Assembly: GCA_050949565.1 (NCBI GenBank)
Contig: JBMNFY010000016.1
Coordinates: 32,001 to 96,000 of the forward strand
DNA length: 64,000 nt
Source: Kiritimatiellia bacterium
GTDB taxonomy: Bacteria > Verrucomicrobiota > Kiritimatiellia > RFP12 > UBA1067
Reading direction: 5' to 3'
The notes beneath the pieces were generated by a model. It ran no database searches and had not been told where the DNA came from. It was given only the letters and a program-made list of their open reading frames with translations. Numbering within the stretch: position 1 is the stretch's first letter; each line of letters starts with the position of its first letter. The translations under genes and the position numbers were made by a program. Shown here in pieces: positions 1-10,016 of this stretch.

Positions 1-947
1 TGACGGACAGCGAACGGGACGCGCTGGTCGCCGCCGAACCCGGCGCGAAGCAATACCTGCGGCGCTACACAGGGGCGGAAGAATTCATCAACGGCAACAT
101 GCGCTGGTGCCTCTGGCTCGAAGGCGCCGACCCGGGCAGTCTGCGCGCACTGCCGCTGGTTATGGAGCGCGTGGAGAAGGTGCGCGAGTTCCGGGAAAAG
201 AGTACGGCCGCTCCCACCCGCAAAGCGGCGAAGACACCGGGGCTGTTCTTCTACCGCTCGCAGCCGACCACCGATTACATCCTTATTCCCGAGGTTTCCT
301 CGGAACGGCGGCATTACATCCCGATCGGCATCGCGAGCCCGTCGCTCGTTCCGAGCAACACGTGTTTTGTACTTCCGACAACCGACCTCTATCTATTCGG
401 CGTGCTGACCTCCGCCATGCACATGGCGTGGATGCGTCAGGTCGGCGGACGGTTGGAGTCGCGGTACCGCTACTCGCGCACGATGGTTTACAATACCTTC
501 CCGTGGCCGCGGCTCGATCTGCCGATCCAGGAGGGTGACGCCTGTGTCCGGGAGGCGGCGTCACGGCTCTATTGGTCGTCGTATCACGAAGGCGGGGAGT
601 ACGAAAACGCCCCGCGTCCGCAACCGGGGGAACCCCGGTCTGTCCGCCTGACCGGCGACGCGCGGAAGAAGGCCGCCGTTGAGGCCAAGGCAAAGGCCGT
701 GCTCGATGCGCGGGCGAGATATCCGCTCTCGACGCTGGCTGACCTCTACGATCCCCTGACCATGCCCGCCGATCTGGTGAAGGCGCATGCCGACCTCGAC
801 CGCGCGGTAGACCGTTGCTACCGCTCCCAGCCTTTCACCTCCGAACGCCAGCGCGTGGAGTTTCTCTTCGCCCTCTACGAGAGCTACACCGCGCCGTTGC
901 TTCCGGCGGAGAAGACGAGAAGGCGTCGGGGACGCAGAAGTCCGTAA
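1..947 (+). CDS. MmeI-like Type IIL/IIG restriction-modification enzyme, C-terminal target-recognition region (5' part outside window)
   Basis: Motifs SSERRHYIPIG, GVLTSAMHMAW..GGRLESRYRYS..VYNTFPWP and LADLYDPLTMP..L.KAH..LDRAVD are typical of MmeI-family C-termini; frame appears open to the window edge. Confidence 0.88.
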   Translation, partial: TDSERDALVAAEPGAKQYLRRYTGAEEFINGNMRWCLWLEGADPGSLRALPLVMERVEKVREFREKSTAAPTRKAAKTPGLFFYRSQPTTDYILIPEVSSERRHYIPIGIASPSLVPSNTCFVLPTTDLYLFGVLTSAMHMAWMRQVGGRLESRYRYSRTMVYNTFPWPRLDLPIQEGDACVREAASRLYWSSYHEGGEYENAPRPQPGEPRSVRLTGDARKKAAVEAKAKAVLDARARYPLSTLADLYDPLTMPADLVKAHADLDRAVDRCYRSQPFTSERQRVEFLFALYESYTAPLLPAEKTRRRRGRRSP

Positions 948-970
948 AGTGCAGTTAAGAGGAATAACGC

Positions 971-2143
971 ATGAAAGAGAAATCTCATAGCGAACGTCTG
1001 ATGTCGTTGGATGCGTTGCGGGGCGCAGACATGCTTTTCATCATGGGCTTTTCCGGTGCGATCGTAGCGCTTTGCGAGGTCTGCGGCTTCGGGCGCGATT
1101 GTTGGCTGGCAACGCAGATGACGCATGTTGCTTGGCATGGTTTTCGGCACCATGATACGATCTTCCCCCTATTCCTGTTTCTCGCCGGGGTGTCCTGGCC
1201 GTTTTCCTATGCGAAACAGGTCGCGATGGGACGTTCAAAGGCACAGATCGTCCGGAAGATCCTTTTGCGTGCGTTTTGTCTGTTTGCGATTGGATTGATG
1301 TGGTCGGATCTGTTTAGCTTCAACTGGCGGATGTACCGGTGGGATTCCGTTCTGGCGCATATCGGCATTTGCTGGGCTGGCGCGGCATTGATCTTCATGT
1401 TCGTCAAGAATTGGCGTGTACGGCTGGGGCTGGCGGCGGTGATACTCGTTGGTTATTGGCTGATGCTTGTCTGTTTCCGCGCGCCGGACGCAGAGGCGCT
1501 GCTCGCGTCGACAGATCCAGGGGTGATGAAGAAGGTTGCCTCTTACGCGACCTACGGTACAGATAACTTCTCGTTTACGGGGAACATCGTTGGGTGGTTC
1601 GACCGGACGTTCATGCCCGGGCGCCTCCATGAAGGAATTTTCGATCCGGATGGGCTCTTATGCAAGTTGACCGGCCTAGTGACGGCGATGCTCGGCACGT
1701 TCGCCGGTGAACTGTTGCGGCGCACGGACTTGTCCGGCAATCGCAAGACCCTGATCCTGTTGGGGGCGGGGGTGGTTTCGTTGCTCGTGTGCCTTGTCTG
1801 GATGCCTTGGTGCCCGGTCAACAAGAAGATCTGGACGCCGACGTTTGTTCTGGCTGCCGGCTCTTATTCCTTCATCGCTTTGGCTGTTTTTTATTGGATA
1901 ATCGATGTCAGAGGATGGCGTCGTTGGTCATTCTTCTTTCAGGTTATCGGTATGAATGCCATCACCATCTATGTGATTCGTAGAGTCGTTCCTCTGCGTC
2001 CCATCGGAGAGTTCTTCCTCAAGGGTGTTGCATCCAGGGGTGATGCCGCGTGGAGTTCGCTCGTCCTCTCGATGGGCGAGGTTGCCGTTGGATGGCTGAT
2101 ACTCTGGTTCCTCTATCGCAAAAAGGTGTTTCTCAAGGTCTGA
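971..2143 (+). CDS. Membrane acyltransferase, heparan-alpha-glucosaminide N-acetyltransferase-like (NagX/DUF5009)
   Basis: RLMSLDALRGADM, W.GF..HDTIFPLFLF, DPDGLL, PVNKKIWTPTF, IGMNAITIY motifs; multiple TM segments; AGAGG RBS. Confidence 0.85.
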   Translation: MKEKSHSERLMSLDALRGADMLFIMGFSGAIVALCEVCGFGRDCWLATQMTHVAWHGFRHHDTIFPLFLFLAGVSWPFSYAKQVAMGRSKAQIVRKILLRAFCLFAIGLMWSDLFSFNWRMYRWDSVLAHIGICWAGAALIFMFVKNWRVRLGLAAVILVGYWLMLVCFRAPDAEALLASTDPGVMKKVASYATYGTDNFSFTGNIVGWFDRTFMPGRLHEGIFDPDGLLCKLTGLVTAMLGTFAGELLRRTDLSGNRKTLILLGAGVVSLLVCLVWMPWCPVNKKIWTPTFVLAAGSYSFIALAVFYWIIDVRGWRRWSFFFQVIGMNAITIYVIRRVVPLRPIGEFFLKGVASRGDAAWSSLVLSMGEVAVGWLILWFLYRKKVFLKV

Positions 2144-2145
2144 AT

Positions 2146-3804
2146 ATGAAAAGAAAAACAACAGGATTCGTTGCCGCGGCCGTTGCGCTTGCGGCGGGTA
2201 TTAACGCGGCTGAACTGCCGCCGCTCATGATGATTCGTCTGCGGGCACCGCATACGGCGGATGACGCGCAGTGGGCAAAGACGCGCACCGTGCTCGTCGC
2301 AAACCGCGGCGCGTGCGATGAGGTATGGTTCTCGACGGGCATCGGCGTGCCGACGCTTGCCTGGCACGCTGCGCATGCAGAGCGTCTCGCGCGGTACGCC
2401 GCTGAACTGCGCGCGGCCGGCATCGTGCCGAGCTTGCAAGTACAGGCGACGCTCGGCCATTCCGACGAACTCTCCGCGCTTGAAGGCACGCCTGCGAAGA
2501 CGTGGGGCGGTTTCACTGGACGCGGCGGTACGGAATGCCGTCACTGTAACTGTCCGCGTCAGCCCGATTTCCTTGCCTACGTGCGCGAGATGTCGCGGCT
2601 CTATGCGTCGTTCAAGCCTAGGAGCGTGTGGATCGATGACGATCTGCGTGTCGCCGGGCACGCGCCTGGGTCACCGTGGGGCAAGGTCAAGGACGGCTGG
2701 ATCGGCTGTTGGTGCCCAACATGTCTCGCGGCGTTCAACGCTGAGATGAAGACGAACTGGACGCGCGAAACGTTAGACGCCGCGATGGCGAAGGATACAA
2801 AGCTTTTCGACCGTTGGGAGGCGTTTTCGTTCGCAGGTATCGCCGCCGTTGCACGCGCGATCGCTGAGGAGTTTCACAAGGTTTCGCCGACGACGCGTCT
2901 CGCCTATCAGCACGGCGATTACCGCAACGATTCGCTGCTCGCCGTCTTCCGTGCGCTGCACGAGGCGACGGGACTTCCGGTCGGGTCGCGTCCCGGGGGC
3001 GGCGCGTACTACGACCAGAACCCCAATCTGCAGATGATCAAAGCGTTCGGCGCGGCGTACACTCGGAAACAGTTGGGAAATCCCGACTGGATCGATACAT
3101 GGTGTCCCGAAGTCGAGACGTATCCGCGCGCATTCGCAAGCCGGACGGCGCAGGGCATCATGAACGAGGCGTTTGTCAATCTCGCGCTCGGCATGAACAC
3201 CGTGAGCTTGCTGATTATGGACACGCGCTATGAAACCGACGCATGGTACGGCGAGTGCCTCCTTGCGCCGCTTGCGGCGGAACGGTCTGTGCTCGAGGGC
3301 TATCGCAAACACAACGAAGGGAGTGTTCCCGTGGGGCTGAAGGACGCGACAACAGTATCGAAGGGAAAGCTTTACGAGTTCGCGCTTGTGGGCGTCCCCG
3401 TCGTACCGGGCGTCGGAAAAACGTTCGGCGAAGTGACCAATGCCGATCTGTCGTTCAACCTCAGCGCGATGTCGTCGCGGCAGATCCTTGATCTTCGGCA
3501 ACGGATGGATACGCGCGCTGGCGGCAAGCTGCCCGTTATTGCCGAGACGCCGTCTGTCGGCCTTGTCATACCACGCATGGCGCCCGATGGCGTGCTTCGG
3601 AGCGTCGCATTCATCAACGCGCGCATCGATGTGCAGCCGCCGATTACGTTACGCCTCCGTGGCGTCGCGCCGGACAAGGCGTCCGCCACCTGGCATGCTT
3701 TGCGTGCCGCACCGGTGACGGTGCCGCTTGTTCGCGCCGATGGCGAAACGCGGGCGACCCTGCCGCCGCTTGCCGCATGGAATTGCGGTTGGCTGGAACT
3801 GTAG
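2146..3804 (+). CDS. Secreted hypothetical protein, glycoside hydrolase-like TIM barrel
   Basis: Signal peptide MKRKTTGFVAAAVALAAG from ATG 2146; NCP, VWIDDDLR, GCWCPTC and CPEVE motifs resemble GH42-like folds. Confidence 0.6.
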   Translation: MKRKTTGFVAAAVALAAGINAAELPPLMMIRLRAPHTADDAQWAKTRTVLVANRGACDEVWFSTGIGVPTLAWHAAHAERLARYAAELRAAGIVPSLQVQATLGHSDELSALEGTPAKTWGGFTGRGGTECRHCNCPRQPDFLAYVREMSRLYASFKPRSVWIDDDLRVAGHAPGSPWGKVKDGWIGCWCPTCLAAFNAEMKTNWTRETLDAAMAKDTKLFDRWEAFSFAGIAAVARAIAEEFHKVSPTTRLAYQHGDYRNDSLLAVFRALHEATGLPVGSRPGGGAYYDQNPNLQMIKAFGAAYTRKQLGNPDWIDTWCPEVETYPRAFASRTAQGIMNEAFVNLALGMNTVSLLIMDTRYETDAWYGECLLAPLAAERSVLEGYRKHNEGSVPVGLKDATTVSKGKLYEFALVGVPVVPGVGKTFGEVTNADLSFNLSAMSSRQILDLRQRMDTRAGGKLPVIAETPSVGLVIPRMAPDGVLRSVAFINARIDVQPPITLRLRGVAPDKASATWHALRAAPVTVPLVRADGETRATLPPLAAWNCGWLEL

Positions 3805-3808
3805 GACG

Positions 3809-5107
3809 CTACGTTCTCAGCTCTTGGATCACTGCGTGCAGATTGTCGAAGAGCGCATCAAGCTTGTCGCACGGCACGGATGAGAAAGCGATGCGGATCA
3901 AGCCCATCAGCACAATGACGCCAGTGCTGCGTGTAGCGAGCAGATGCTTGCGCACCGCTTCGGCATCGATGCCCAGCGGCTTGATGCACATGAAGTACCC
4001 AGAGTTGAAGGGCATCGGGACGAAGGAGTGCGCGTACTCTGGATGTGCGGCAAAGATCGCCTTGATGCGGTCATAGCGCCGCTTGAGCGTGTTAAATTTC
4101 TCCTGCTTCTGCACGGCGTACGCGGGGTTGCGGTAGGCATCCAGCAACAGGCTCTGGCCGATGTTGGTGACGCTGGAGATCGAACCGCGCACCACGCCGG
4201 CGGCCTTGGCTTCAAGCGCTTTGTACTGTGCCGGGGTCGCGTCTTTGCAACCAAAAGTCAGAAAGCCCACGCGGAGGCCCCATACGTAGTCCTCCTTGGT
4301 CGGGCCATCAAGCTTGACTGCCAGCAAGTTGGGGTGCAGGTCGCAGAGGACAGCGAAGAGCGACTCCTTGCTGACGCCCTCTTCATATACGAGGCCGAAA
4401 TAGGCGTCATCCAGAATGGCCACCACGCGCTTGCCGGCCTCAACGGCGCGTTGCAACGCGGCACAGATCGCCTTGGCGTCACTCTCGGTCGCGGTGTAGC
4501 CGGTCGGATTGTTGGGGAAGTTTAGGATCACTATTTTTTTATCACCGGGCGTCAGCAGCAGACGCTCCATGCCTGCCACATTAAAGCGGTCGCCCTCGAA
4601 CATCGGGAAGGGCGTGAGCGTGCCGCCGCACGCCTCTTCAAGTAGCAACTCATAATTGTCCCAGTAGAGATCAGGCAAGATCAGGGACTCGCCAGGATCG
4701 GTGAAAAGGTATCCAGCGACGCCGATTCCGTGGGTCAACGCATGCGTGACAATCGGCAGACTGAAGCTCTTGTCGGCCAGCGAGGGGTTCTTGGTCCGCA
4801 GCATGTCGCGCCAAGTTTCGCGCAACTCAGGTAGGCCGAAGCTCGGGGCATAAAGATAGGCGGTGGAGGGCAGGTTGACCAGCCCTTCGAGGCATTCGAG
4901 GCAGAGCGGGGTGCCATCCTCCTCAAAGGCGGTGCCGATGGTGGCATTGATGGCGGCACCTTTGGCCTCGGCACTTTGGCCGAGAATGCCGCGTGACGGG
5001 AAGAAAGCGCGCCGTCCCTTGGCCGAGAGCATGCTGAAAAGAGAACTACCGCCTGCCTGCAAATCAGCGTTTAGGGCCTGCGCCAATACGTGCGCCTGTT
5101 CCGTCAT
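3809..5107 (-). CDS. PLP-dependent aminotransferase class I/II
   Basis: LNFPNNPTGY, DDAYFGL and DGPTKEDYVWGLRVG (PLP lysine) motifs. Confidence 0.9.
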   Translation of the reverse strand: MTEQAHVLAQALNADLQAGGSSLFSMLSAKGRRAFFPSRGILGQSAEAKGAAINATIGTAFEEDGTPLCLECLEGLVNLPSTAYLYAPSFGLPELRETWRDMLRTKNPSLADKSFSLPIVTHALTHGIGVAGYLFTDPGESLILPDLYWDNYELLLEEACGGTLTPFPMFEGDRFNVAGMERLLLTPGDKKIVILNFPNNPTGYTATESDAKAICAALQRAVEAGKRVVAILDDAYFGLVYEEGVSKESLFAVLCDLHPNLLAVKLDGPTKEDYVWGLRVGFLTFGCKDATPAQYKALEAKAAGVVRGSISSVTNIGQSLLLDAYRNPAYAVQKQEKFNTLKRRYDRIKAIFAAHPEYAHSFVPMPFNSGYFMCIKPLGIDAEAVRKHLLATRSTGVIVLMGLIRIAFSSVPCDKLDALFDNLHAVIQELRT

Positions 5108-5261
5108 ACGATTCCTTCTGAAATTCTCAAATTCTTCCGTCGTTGTGCCGCACTATAACATAACCTGTTGCGTGCGTAAAATGTGAAAGTGTGATTGCGT
5201 AATCGGTGTTTACTTCCCTATCACCCCTGATTTATGATGGAAACGATTTAACGGAATACCC

Positions 5262-6659
5262 ATGACCTCTTTTTTTCAACGTTTGGCCGAACGCCGCCGT
5301 TTTGGCATGCGGCCTGGACTCGACATAATCAACCGCCTGACCGAACGCCTCGGTCATCCGGAGCGTGATCTGGCGGTCATCCATATCGCCGGCACGAACG
5401 GCAAAGGCGCAGTCGCCGCGCTCTGTGAATCGATCTTGCGTGCCGCCGGTTATCCGGTCGCCCGCTATACCTCGCCGCATCTGGTGCGCGTGCATGAGCG
5501 TTATCTGCTCAACGGTGCGCCAGTCGAGGATGCCATGCTGGAGGCCGCCTCGCGCGAGGTCGAAGAGGCCGTGCTCGCGCTGGAAGCGACGCCGGAAGCG
5601 CCTGAAGCCACCTTCTTTGAGTGCCTGACTGCCGTTGCGTTTGTCCTGTTCCGGCAGGCGGGCATTCGGCTGGCTGTGCTGGAAACCGGACTGGGCGGAC
5701 GGCTCGACGCCACCAACATCGTCACGCCGCTGGTCTCGGTGATCACGCGCATCGGGCTGGACCACTGCGATTGGCTGGGCGACACCCTTGAGCAGGTCGC
5801 GGCCGAAAAGGCCGGTATCATCAAGCCCGGACGCCCGGTGGTCTGCGCGGCAATGCCCGATGAGGCGCGTGCCGTGATCGCGGCCACCGCCGCGCGACAA
5901 GGCGCGCATTGCATTGACGCCGCCGACGCGGTCTCGGTCGCGGTTTCGCACAGTACGCTGGCGGGACAAACCTTGACGATCAGCACGCAGGAGCGCACCC
6001 TGCCGCCGACTCACGTGCCGCTCGCGGGAGCCTTTCAGGTTGAAAATGTCTGTACAGCCGTCGCGGCACTCGAGGCCGTCGTGGCCTGTGGCTTGACTGT
6101 ACCCGATACCGCATTTGTCACCGGCCTTGGCTCGGTCTGCTGGCCCGGACGATTTCAGTTGGTGACGGATGACCCGCCTGTGATTGTCGATGGCGCGCAC
6201 AATCCCGACGGTGCGCGTGCCGTGCGTCAAGCGTTGAAAAGCTGCAAGGTCAAAGCACCGGTCGCACTGATCGCGGGTTTCTGCGGCGACAAAGACGCGC
6301 TCGCCCATCTGCGCATTCTCGCTCCGGTGGTCAAGTGCGCGTGGGGCGTGGCCACCTCGAATCCGCGCTCGTTGAGTGCCGACCAGACCGCCGGTCTGTT
6401 GCGTATGGCGGGCATTGATGCAGTGGCGTCCTCATCAGATGTACGCGCAGCGCTCGACGCGGCCCGTGCTTGGGCGCGCGCCAACAACGGCGTGGTGCTG
6501 GTGTGTGGTTCACTCTTTTTAGCTGGCGATGCGTTGACGGCGCTGGATGCCTATCCGTGGCCGGCCGCGCGCCGCGACGACAATGAATGGCTTACTAACC
6601 CGGCCACAAATTATGCTGCAACTCTGGACAGCGCCCACAGCGTTCAAGTGGAACCATGA
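5262..6659 (+). CDS. folC: Folylpolyglutamate synthase/dihydrofolate synthase
   Basis: IHIAGTNGKG, YTSPHL, LETGLGGRLDATN, WPGRFQ, DGAHNP, GSLFLAG. Confidence 0.95.
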   Translation: MTSFFQRLAERRRFGMRPGLDIINRLTERLGHPERDLAVIHIAGTNGKGAVAALCESILRAAGYPVARYTSPHLVRVHERYLLNGAPVEDAMLEAASREVEEAVLALEATPEAPEATFFECLTAVAFVLFRQAGIRLAVLETGLGGRLDATNIVTPLVSVITRIGLDHCDWLGDTLEQVAAEKAGIIKPGRPVVCAAMPDEARAVIAATAARQGAHCIDAADAVSVAVSHSTLAGQTLTISTQERTLPPTHVPLAGAFQVENVCTAVAALEAVVACGLTVPDTAFVTGLGSVCWPGRFQLVTDDPPVIVDGAHNPDGARAVRQALKSCKVKAPVALIAGFCGDKDALAHLRILAPVVKCAWGVATSNPRSLSADQTAGLLRMAGIDAVASSSDVRAALDAARAWARANNGVVLVCGSLFLAGDALTALDAYPWPAARRDDNEWLTNPATNYAATLDSAHSVQVEP

Positions 6660-6683
6660 AACACATGAAACTTCATGAAAAAC
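6651..6683 (+). repeat. 9-bp-periodic repeat module GAACCATGAAACACATGAAACTTCATGAAAAAC
   Basis: Identical 33-mer at 19562-19594; here it contains the folC stop codon. Confidence 0.85.
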
Positions 6684-6740
6684 GGGGGCACCTTGGCGGT
6701 TTCGGAAAACGCTCAACTTTCAAGTAAGTGCGCAAAATTT

Positions 6741-6789
6741 GGAGTGCGGTGACAAGAACCGCGCTGCGCGCGGGTCGCGGCACCGCTTT
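6741..6789 (+). repeat. REP-like GGAGTGCGG...CGCTTT palindromic repeat (family A)
   Basis: Related copies at 10054, 10126, 10426, 10498, 17665, 36127, 39160, 39232. Confidence 0.8.
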
Positions 6790-6861
6790 TTCCCTCCGCG
6801 CTGTGCGCGGAGACACTCTTAGTCCGCACTCTTAGTCGAATACACTGCTAAGGAAACCGAT

Positions 6862-7317
6862 ATGAACAAACCTGCCTCAATTGAAGTGATCGCGCGTGGT
6901 GTCTGCATCGTGGACGACCACATTCTGCTCTGCCACGGCAAGCGCTCCACGCTCACCTATCTGCCGGGGGGCCACATTGAGTTTCGCGAGACCGCGCGGC
7001 AGGCGCTCGAACGTGAAATCGCCGAAGAACTGGGGCGGGCGTCGACAGCCGGCCGCTTTCTCGGCTGTTGCGAACACGCCTTCCTGCAGAACGGCGAGCC
7101 TCACGCCGAGATCAATCTGGTGTTCGAACTCACCATTCCGGGGCTTGCGCCCGGTGCGCCGGTGGAGGCCGCCGAGGCGTGGATCGGCTTCCGCTGGCAA
7201 CCGCTGGATGAACTACGCGCGGCACGGATGGAGCCCGCAGTGTTGTGCGATGCACTCGCCGTCTGGCTGCAACACCCCGGCGGGCATGTCGTTTCAGGCG
7301 ACGCGTGGGTGCCCTAA
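6862..7317 (+). CDS. NUDIX hydrolase
   Basis: Nudix box LPGGHIEFRETARQALEREIAEELG; AAGGA RBS. Confidence 0.9.
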   Translation: MNKPASIEVIARGVCIVDDHILLCHGKRSTLTYLPGGHIEFRETARQALEREIAEELGRASTAGRFLGCCEHAFLQNGEPHAEINLVFELTIPGLAPGAPVEAAEAWIGFRWQPLDELRAARMEPAVLCDALAVWLQHPGGHVVSGDAWVP

Positions 7318-7318
7318 G

Positions 7319-9922
7319 TCAGGGGCATTCGCGCTTAAAGAATTTTTGGCGACCCCGTGGCCATACGGCGTTGGTCGGAGACCACTCAGTATCCAAGCGT
7401 TCCCAGCGATCCGTTAGGCGGTCCTTACCGAACAGCACCGAGACAGGTGACGGCGTCGATGGCCACGCGAGGACAACGTCGTCTGCAGAGACGTTGATCG
7501 CGCCGATACCCGCAGGCGGCACGGGAGTTTGCTGCGGCTCATGACCGATGATGGTGCCATTGTTAATAAACGTGCCGTACACGACGATGGCTCCAAGGTT
7601 GGTGATGGTGCCGTTATTGATAAACGTTACGTTCTGCCCGATGATCAACTCTTGTCCATTCGTGACAATCAGAGACCTGTCCGCAGGAAGCGCTGTGTCA
7701 GCGGTCACGGCACTCGCGGCCCCGTACATCTGCCCGCCGTCCGGTGTGATAAGGACGCCGCGACGGAAATCGAGCCCGGCGACTGGTGTGTTGGCAAAGA
7801 CAAAGGCATTGCCTGAAATGTGTCCGGTCGCCGCTCCCCCGGAAGAACCTCCGCCGATCGCCTCCGCTCTGTAACTTCCCTGCGCCTCTATGACGCCGCC
7901 GTATAGGGTAACGACGCCACCGGTTCCAGCATGACCGCCGCCGATCCCAGCTCCTCCGTACTGGTATGCTGCGCCCCCGCCACGTGCTGTGACATGTCCA
8001 CCTGAAATCGTGACACACCCCGAAGATTCGTACAGGTGGCCCCCGATGCCAGCACTGCTTGCACTTCCCAGTGCCACCAATGCACCGTTCGTCGGACATG
8101 CCGCCACACCTGAGGCACAGTCTATAAACATCGCCGCCCCCTCTGGAACATGCATGCCGGCAGTCCTAGAACCACCAAGGAAGGTGTTGGTTCCTGCAAG
8201 GAAGAGATGCGCGCACGCCCCCGGATACACATCGAAAGCGCACACATCCCCGGCCGTCACGCGGACATTGACGTTTGAAAGAACCAAATCAACATCCGTA
8301 TCCCGAGCCACGCATATTCGGTTTGCTGTGGGCGCGCCTGTTCCGTAGAGCAGGTAGTGCCCTTTCCAACAGAAATTCAGGCATCCATCGGAAAACGTAA
8401 ATCCATAGCCATCGGTGGAAACCGTGTTGACATTGATCTCGATCGGATCGGCCGCACTGCCAGCCAGCCCGACTCCAACCGGCACGGCTCCCGTCACAAC
8501 TCCCGTCCCGCCGATGGGCAAGGCTGAGAAGGCTTGTCCGAAATTGACATATTCGCCGTCGACCGTGAACATGCCATAGACTCTGATGAGCCCGATGTTT
8601 TCAAGAACGCCGTCAACGGCAAGTGTTCCGTACACATTGATGGAACCCGCGTTGGTCACGACGGTCTCTGCGCCAATCGTCAGGGACTGTTCTGCGGCGA
8701 CATCAAACACCACATTTGAAGGTATGCATCAGGAATGGGGAATCGAGACGTGGTCACTGAGCAAGCGTCCCCGGCCATTCGTTGCGATCAGTCCTCCTTC
8801 GCAGGCGATGTTCGAATGGATGAGGTCTGTGATAACTACGGTGTTGCTTCCCGTTATACTCCCTGAACGGGGCAATAGCGTTGCAGTGGCGCGGGGAGGG
8901 GAACCAATGATGCCCGGTAACTGCTCATGAGCACCTACCGCATGAACGATACCGCCTGATATATTGACCGTCCAGCCGCCCTTGTAATTGTCGCCGCCGA
9001 TGGATGCCCCGCCCGAACTGCCACCCGCAGCGGTCACAATGCCGCCAGAGATCGAAATGTCCACCATCGACTCGGCACCGCCTTCACCACAGCCGATGCC
9101 CGCACCGCCATGACCGCCGAATGCCGTCACGTCGCCACCAGAGATGCTGATGGTGCCGCCGCCCGTGCCGCTCCCCGAGTATCCCGCCCCTCCGCCGATG
9201 CCCGCAGCTCCCGATGTTCCACCGTACGCGCGGATCGTTCCGCCGACGATCGTGATCGCTCCACAATTCTGCCCGTCGCACCCGCCGATGCCGGAGCCTG
9301 TTGTCTCACCGACTGCCGCAAGACTGCCGCCAGTCGGCACGGCATCGAAAACCACCGAGGCACCAGCGGGAACCTGAATCCCCGCAGCGTGATTGTAGGC
9401 TTCTCCATATTCTTTTTCTGTGTCAGAGTATATCGGGTGCCAACCGGTGATAAACGCATTGCTCCCCGCCAGCGTCACATAAACAGGGGGACCGTTTTCA
9501 AGGAGAAAGGGCGACAGGTCGGCTTGTCCCGACGTACTGACATAGACGTTGGACAGCATAACGTGCGTCATGCTGTCCTCGCCATACGAAATCGGCGGCG
9601 CAACCCGGATGGCGATGTTCGTCTTCTCGCCTGTTCCCAGAATCAGGTAATGCATGTTTTCGGTTGCAGGGGTCAACTCGACATGATCGCCATGAAACTG
9701 AAACCCTTCATAATAGGCATTTTCATCCAAGGCATTGATGTTAATCACGAACGGCTGATCCGCATCGCCTGGTTCGCCGAAGAGACTCGGTGCCGAACAC
9801 ACGTCCGCAAGGCAAAGCGCATACACGCACGCCTTCCCATTACGTCCAATATGCGATATTCCGGCTCCTGTCATATCCACCTGCTTTCTACGCCGCGCAT
9901 TACTTATGCGCAAAGCCCACAT
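7319..9922 (-). pseudogene. Gly-rich secreted protein with repeated carbohydrate-binding/beta-helix (Cthe_2159-like) domains, interrupted by one in-frame TGA at 8729-8731
   Basis: ORFs 8729-9922 and 7319-8713 share a frame with only one stop between them; both halves carry AGIGGG..G.ITISGG.V.A.G repeats; start uncertain. Confidence 0.7.
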
Positions 9923-10016
9923 GACTTGTTCAAAATGTCGTATATACTACTAGATCAACGCCCCTTCCGCCACCGGAGAAGTCGGGCGTCCTGTACGTTG
10001 CTAAATGCTTCGGACT

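Noticed and set aside
8729-8731. Genome-wide TGA reassignment
   Set aside because: Many conserved genes here (e.g. dut, GH97, GH39) end at TGA at their expected lengths.
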